Shown: piece by piece, positions 59,583-64,000 of the stretch
How the letters are laid out: the number at the start of each line of letters is the position of its first letter
Numbering within the stretch: position 1 is the first letter of the stretch
Assembly (NCBI GenBank): GCA_045863295.1
Contig: BTWA01000028.1
Location: 22,228 to 86,227, forward strand
Source of the DNA: Candidatus Hydrogenedentota bacterium
Lineage (GTDB): Bacteria > Hydrogenedentota > Hydrogenedentia > Hydrogenedentales > SLHB01
Direction: 5' to 3'
DNA: 64,000 bases
The notes under the pieces: generated by a model
The model's database searches: none
What the model was told of the DNA's origin: nothing
Seen by the model: only the letters and a program-made list of their open reading frames with translations
Program-made: the position numbers and the translations under genes

Positions 59583-60338
59583 ATGCGGAAGCACGTGGTG
59601 GTGGTGGGGAAAAATTCGCCTCTGGCCGAGGCGATCGCAAAGGCAGCAAATAAATCCAATATCGGCGTCGAACAAGTCGATCCCAAATCGCCCCTCCCCC
59701 CCGCCACCGCCGCCGTAGCCGGCGGCGTCGACGATATCAAGGCCATGCTATCCGTGGCCGATCAATTGGGACAACAACACGAGGAACTCCTGCGGATCAT
59801 CGCGTGGACCGGCGACGTGCGCGAAGGGTTTCCAAAGGGCGACTCCGATCGCGTCCATGCCTGCGCCGCGAAGTTTGGCGAGTTCCTGAAGTTGGATATC
59901 GAAGAACAGCTTGCGCTGGAGCGGGCCGCCCTGGTTCGAGGTATCGGCAAGTTTTGTATTCCCAACGCGGTATTGCTGAAGCGCGGCCTCTTAACACACG
60001 ACGAATGGACCACCTTGCGCGAGTATCCGAGTTTTGGCGCTGAGGTCGTCTCAAAAACCTCGGTCCTGAAAGACACAGAAGCCATTATCCGGTACTACCG
60101 CGAATGCCACGACGGCACCGGATATCCCGACGGTCTCGAAGGCGACGCCATCCCCCGGCTTGCGCAGGCGCTCCTTATTGCCGACGTGTTTTGCGCCATG
60201 ACCAGCCTTCGCCCCTACCGCGACACCAAGAACTCCATCGCCGATGCCACGGCCTATCTGAAAGCGGAAAAGGGCAAGAAATTTCGGCCCGATCTCGTCG
60301 AGGCTTTCTTGAAGGGAAGACCCTGGCAGGGGAAATAG
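59583..60338 (+). CDS. Degenerate HD-GYP domain protein
   Basis: DGTGYPDGL and MTSLRPYR retained, but the HD motif reads RG. Confidence 0.85.
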   Translation: MRKHVVVVGKNSPLAEAIAKAANKSNIGVEQVDPKSPLPPATAAVAGGVDDIKAMLSVADQLGQQHEELLRIIAWTGDVREGFPKGDSDRVHACAAKFGEFLKLDIEEQLALERAALVRGIGKFCIPNAVLLKRGLLTHDEWTTLREYPSFGAEVVSKTSVLKDTEAIIRYYRECHDGTGYPDGLEGDAIPRLAQALLIADVFCAMTSLRPYRDTKNSIADATAYLKAEKGKKFRPDLVEAFLKGRPWQGK

Positions 60339-60348
60339 GGCGAACGTG

Positions 60349-61080
60349 CTAAAGTTTGCGCGGGGGTATGTAGAGCCATAGGTGAAGCCCTCCGGCCACA
60401 TAGACACTCGCAACTAAGTAATATGCAACGTACAACAGGGACAAACATGCCGCCACAGGGTGCGGTTCCGGGTATACCCACAACAAGTACAGCAACAATC
60501 CAGACCAAGCAATGGTCAAAACCATGGTTAATGTTCGAAATCTGACGGTTCGGCTGGGATACAAAAACTTCATCGGCACGAATACCAGCAGCGAGAGCCC
60601 CGCGATGGTTGCCATGTTTACCCACGGGTTCAATTCCAGCAAGAACAAATAGAGCACGACGATGTTCCAATACGAGGGAAAACCGACGAAGAAGTGGTCG
60701 TCGGTTTTGGCGTTGGCTTGACAAAACTGGTAGGCGGACGCCATGGCGATCATTCCCGCCGCGAGGCCGCCGTAGCCCTTGGGAACGAGGCCGTAGACGT
60801 AGAGGAAGACTGCGGGCGCAATGACGTAGGTCAGGTAGTCGACGATGTTGTCCAGCAGGGCGCCGTCAAACGTGGGCAGGATTTTTTTTACATCGGCAGC
60901 GCGCGCAAGCATGCCATCAATTCCGTCGATGGCGGTGGCCACGATCAGCCAGACGAAGAATAGTTTCCATTCGGCATTCATCGCGGCCAGGATGGCGTTT
61001 ATGCCGCATACAGCGCCGAACGCCGTAATTGCATGCACGCCCCATGCGGCGGCCTTTCGCGCGAGGGAATAGTCAGCCAT
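60349..61080 (-). CDS. pcs: Phosphatidylcholine synthase
   Basis: DGMLAR-X8-P-X3-G-X3-D-X3-D Pcs-type motif; FFVGFPSYWN. Confidence 0.82.
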   Translation of the reverse strand: MADYSLARKAAAWGVHAITAFGAVCGINAILAAMNAEWKLFFVWLIVATAIDGIDGMLARAADVKKILPTFDGALLDNIVDYLTYVIAPAVFLYVYGLVPKGYGGLAAGMIAMASAYQFCQANAKTDDHFFVGFPSYWNIVVLYLFLLELNPWVNMATIAGLSLLVFVPMKFLYPSRTVRFRTLTMVLTIAWSGLLLYLLWVYPEPHPVAACLSLLYVAYYLVASVYVAGGLHLWLYIPPRKL

Positions 61081-61366
61081 CCGCGGGCCGATCCGAATGG
61101 CCGAGGTTCATGCCCGGTGCAATCCGGTCGCGGATGCGCTGTTTCAGCTCTTTCGCCTCGGGGAAACGGCCTTCGGCTGTGCGTGACCAGACGGCGTCGC
61201 CTGAACAGCGCACCTCGAACGCGCCCGCGGTTTCGGACGGCACCAAGGCCACTTCGCCCAACTGGTCTTCGAAGGTGGTAAGGAGTTCCTGGGCATACCA
61301 AGACGCACGCAATAGCCAGCGGCACTTTGGGCAATACACGATTTCGACTCGGGGTTTGACTGACAC
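61073..61366 (-). CDS. SelT/SelW/SelH (Rdx) family thioredoxin-like protein
   Basis: [40 protein letters not shown]. Confidence 0.9.
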   Translation of the reverse strand: MSVKPRVEIVYCPKCRWLLRASWYAQELLTTFEDQLGEVALVPSETAGAFEVRCSGDAVWSRTAEGRFPEAKELKQRIRDRIAPGMNLGHSDRPADG

Positions 61367-61522
61367 TACCGGCACCCTCCCAGGGCACACAATATCACGC
61401 GGCCCATGGCGTTTGTCAGCCACGCCGCGACCGTTGGAACGGACCTCCCATGTTGGATACACTGGCGCGCGATATTCACCGGGCCAGTTCGCGGCCCGTT
61501 TATCCATGTGGGGTCCATCGCC

Positions 61523-63043
61523 GTGAAGCACCATATTCTAACCGTCTACCCATCGAAGAAGCCGTTGCCAAAGACCGAGCAATTGGCATGGAAGCTTGCC
61601 AATTTGTCCGCAGCCTCGCCTCCCGTGAGCGATGCGGCCAGAGAGATGGTCATCAACCGGATTATCGACAATGCGGCGGTCGCGCTGGCGGCTGTGAACC
61701 GACCGGCCGTGGCCAATGCCCGCAGCCAGGCAGTGTGCCACCCTCGAGCCGGAGGGGCGTGCATCATGGGGCTGCCCAGCGATGTTCGGGTGGACGCGGA
61801 GTGGGCGGCTTGGGCCAATGGCACGGCCGTGCGCGAACTCGATATGCACGACACATTTCTCGCTGCGGACTACTCACATCCCGCGGACAACATTCCTCCA
61901 ATTCTCGCCGTAGCGCAGCAGTGCGCGGACCGGTTCAAACTCACGGGCAGGGACGTCGTGCGTGGCATTCTGGCGGCGTACGAGATACAGATTAATCTGG
62001 TCAAAGCAATCTGCCTGCACAAGCACAAGAAAGATCACATCGCCCACTTGTGTCCGGCGCAGGCGGCGGGCATCGGATCCATGTTACGTCTGCCCGCGGA
62101 CACGATTTATCAGGCCATTCAACAGGCCGTGCACGTTTCGTTTACTACGCGCCAATCACGCAAGGGGGAGATATCCAGCTGGAAAGCTTACGCGCCCGCC
62201 CACGCGGGCAAGCTGGCGGTCGAAGCCGTGGACCGTGCCATGCGGGGCGAGTCCAGCCCTTCACCCATTTATGAAGGCGAAGACAGCGTGCTGGCATATA
62301 TGCTGGACGGTCCGCAAAGCCGATACGAAGTGCCGTTGCCGGAACCTGGCGAGCCGCACGTGGCCATTCTGGATTCATACACCAAGGAGCACAGCGCCGA
62401 GTATCAGGCGCAAGCCTTAATCGACCTTGCGTTCCGCATGCGCGCACGCATCACCGATTTCGGCACGATTGAATCGATTTGTATTTATACCAGCCATCAC
62501 ACGCATTACGTGATCGGTTCCGGTGCCAACGATCCCCAGAAGTATGACCCGAACGCCAGCCGAGAAACACTGGATCACAGCATCATGTATATCTTCACCG
62601 TTGCACTTCAGGACGGCCGCTGGCACCACGTGGACAGCTATACCCGGGAGCGCGCGGCACGGCCGGATACGGTGATCCTTTGGCGTAAAGTGACGACCCA
62701 GGAAGACCCGGAATGGACCCGCCGCTACCACACCAGCGACCCCACGGAAAAAGCATTTGGCGGCCGGGTGGAAATCCTGCTCGCCAACGGTGACCGCATC
62801 GTGGACGAAATGGCCTTGGCAAACGCACATTCCCTGGGTGCACGTCCGTTTGAACGCGCGGACTATATTGGCAAGCTGTCGACCATTACAGGGGGAATTC
62901 TGTCAGCAGGGGAACGAAACCGGTTTTTGGAGGTCGTGCAACGGCTACCTGAACTATCATCCGGCGAACTCGCGGGTCTCACTGTCAGGGCGGACGGCGT
63001 TGAGGTGGTGCATCGGGCACGGGACAACCGGGGTATTTTCTAG
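61523..63043 (+). CDS. prpD: 2-methylcitrate dehydratase (MmgE/PrpD family)
   Basis: [38 protein letters not shown]. Confidence 0.88.
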   Translation: MKHHILTVYPSKKPLPKTEQLAWKLANLSAASPPVSDAAREMVINRIIDNAAVALAAVNRPAVANARSQAVCHPRAGGACIMGLPSDVRVDAEWAAWANGTAVRELDMHDTFLAADYSHPADNIPPILAVAQQCADRFKLTGRDVVRGILAAYEIQINLVKAICLHKHKKDHIAHLCPAQAAGIGSMLRLPADTIYQAIQQAVHVSFTTRQSRKGEISSWKAYAPAHAGKLAVEAVDRAMRGESSPSPIYEGEDSVLAYMLDGPQSRYEVPLPEPGEPHVAILDSYTKEHSAEYQAQALIDLAFRMRARITDFGTIESICIYTSHHTHYVIGSGANDPQKYDPNASRETLDHSIMYIFTVALQDGRWHHVDSYTRERAARPDTVILWRKVTTQEDPEWTRRYHTSDPTEKAFGGRVEILLANGDRIVDEMALANAHSLGARPFERADYIGKLSTITGGILSAGERNRFLEVVQRLPELSSGELAGLTVRADGVEVVHRARDNRGIF

Positions 63044-63233
63044 CGCATCGTCGCATTTCCGGTGAAATTGGGCCGGTACGGGTCCCAAGTACGGGGATTG
63101 ACGGTTTGGCCCTGCCCTGTAAGCATCACCTTGCGCCGGAATGCTATAGTGTGAGTTCGATTGCCGGTCCGGCAGACTGGGCAAATGGTTTCGTTTGGGT
63201 GGCACACTTTCGATTCAGCGCTTGGGAGCAACC

Positions 63234-64000
63234 ATGAAGAAGACGCATTCCGTATCCCGCCGTTCATTTCTAAAGACCGCCGCAGGCGTTGTCGCGGCGC
63301 CGACTTTCATACCCGCCTCCGCATTGGGGGCCGATGGCCATACGCCCCCCAGCGACCGTATTGTCATTGGGTGCGTGGGTGTGGGCGGGCAGGGCACGAG
63401 CAACATGAACGCATTCCTGCATACGGAGGGCGCGCAAATCGTCGCGGTTTGCGACGTGGACGCGAATCGGAAAACGAACGCCCAGAACATTGTAAACGAG
63501 TTTTACTCAGACAAGAGCTGCGCCGCATTCGAGGATTTTCGCGAGGTGCTTTCGCGCGAGGACATCGATGCGATTTCCATTGGCACGCCGGATCACTGGC
63601 ATTGCATTCCCGTTCTGGAGGCAGCCAGGGCAAGGAAACATATTTATTGCGAAAAGCCCCTGAGCCTCACCGTGCACGAGGGGCGCCGCATGTGCGACGC
63701 CGTACATGCCTCGGGCGTGACTTTTCAGACCGGCACTTGGCGGCGTTCCCGTGCGGGTTGCCGCCGGGCGTGCGAACTGGTGCGCAACGGGCATCTGGGT
63801 GAATTGAAAACTATCCGAATCGGCCTTCCGAAGGGATTCCAGATTCGCGGCGGCTTTTCGAATATGCACGTCGATATGCCGGTCCCCGAGGGGTTCAATT
63901 ACGATCTCTGGCTTGGCCCCGCCCCTTTGAAGCCTTATACGGAAGGCCGTTGTCACTTCAATTTCCGCTGGATCCTGGACTACTCGGAAGGCTATATCAG
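63234..64000 (+). CDS. Tat-exported Gfo/Idh/MocA oxidoreductase (partial; absent from ORF track)
   Basis: MKKTHSVSRRSFLK..IGCVGVGGQG..GTPDHWH..YCEKPL..YDLWLGPAP. Confidence 0.9.
   Translation, partial: MKKTHSVSRRSFLKTAAGVVAAPTFIPASALGADGHTPPSDRIVIGCVGVGGQGTSNMNAFLHTEGAQIVAVCDVDANRKTNAQNIVNEFYSDKSCAAFEDFREVLSREDIDAISIGTPDHWHCIPVLEAARARKHIYCEKPLSLTVHEGRRMCDAVHASGVTFQTGTWRRSRAGCRRACELVRNGHLGELKTIRIGLPKGFQIRGGFSNMHVDMPVPEGFNYDLWLGPAPLKPYTEGRCHFNFRWILDYSEGYI

Noticed and set aside
61073..61366. Selenoprotein
   Set aside because: The motif is CPKC with ordinary Cys codons and no in-frame TGA.
63161..63802. 213-aa plus-strand ORF in the track
   Set aside because: Wrong frame; the real gene is the Gfo/Idh/MocA frame starting at 63234.
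1..64000. CRISPR arrays, IS elements, prophage, tRNA, rRNA
   Set aside because: No spaced repeats, transposase/integrase motifs or RNA-gene signatures were seen by eye.

Overview
Gene-dense bacterial chromosomal window, moderately GC-rich, with about 53 CDS. I found no rRNA, tRNA, CRISPR array, transposase or phage gene. The gene content (DUF1080 hydrolases, Tat sulfatase, BNR sialidase-like protein, zinc-ribbon proteins, redoxin-cytochrome-monooxygenase fusion, Tat Gfo/Idh/MocA) resembles Ca. Hydrogenedentes/PVC-like heterotrophs; this is an inference only. Housekeeping genes include mtlD-like, E2/lpdA, ppdK, rpmG, rpiA, an inositol monophosphatase, pcs and prpD. Three real genes are missing from the ORF track: a GT2 at 1-499 (minus), rpmG at 27661-27831 and a Gfo/Idh/MocA gene at 63234-64000. 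The most notable loci are: (i) an ExbB-ExbD-TPR operon whose fourth gene has a TonB/TolA-type SxxxH anchor and Pro-rich linker but ends in a MIDAS VWA domain, a candidate undescribed PMF-driven envelope machine; (ii) a coupled C39-like peptidase / RimK ATP-grasp / GCS2 ligase / formylglutamate-amidohydrolase cluster, divergent from a redoxin-heme c-dicopper monooxygenase fusion; (iii) a pilMNOPQ operon with a 0.9-kb multi-promoter leader, a very large secretin and a downstream catalytically degenerate HD-GYP protein. All calls come from manual motif reading; no database searches were run.
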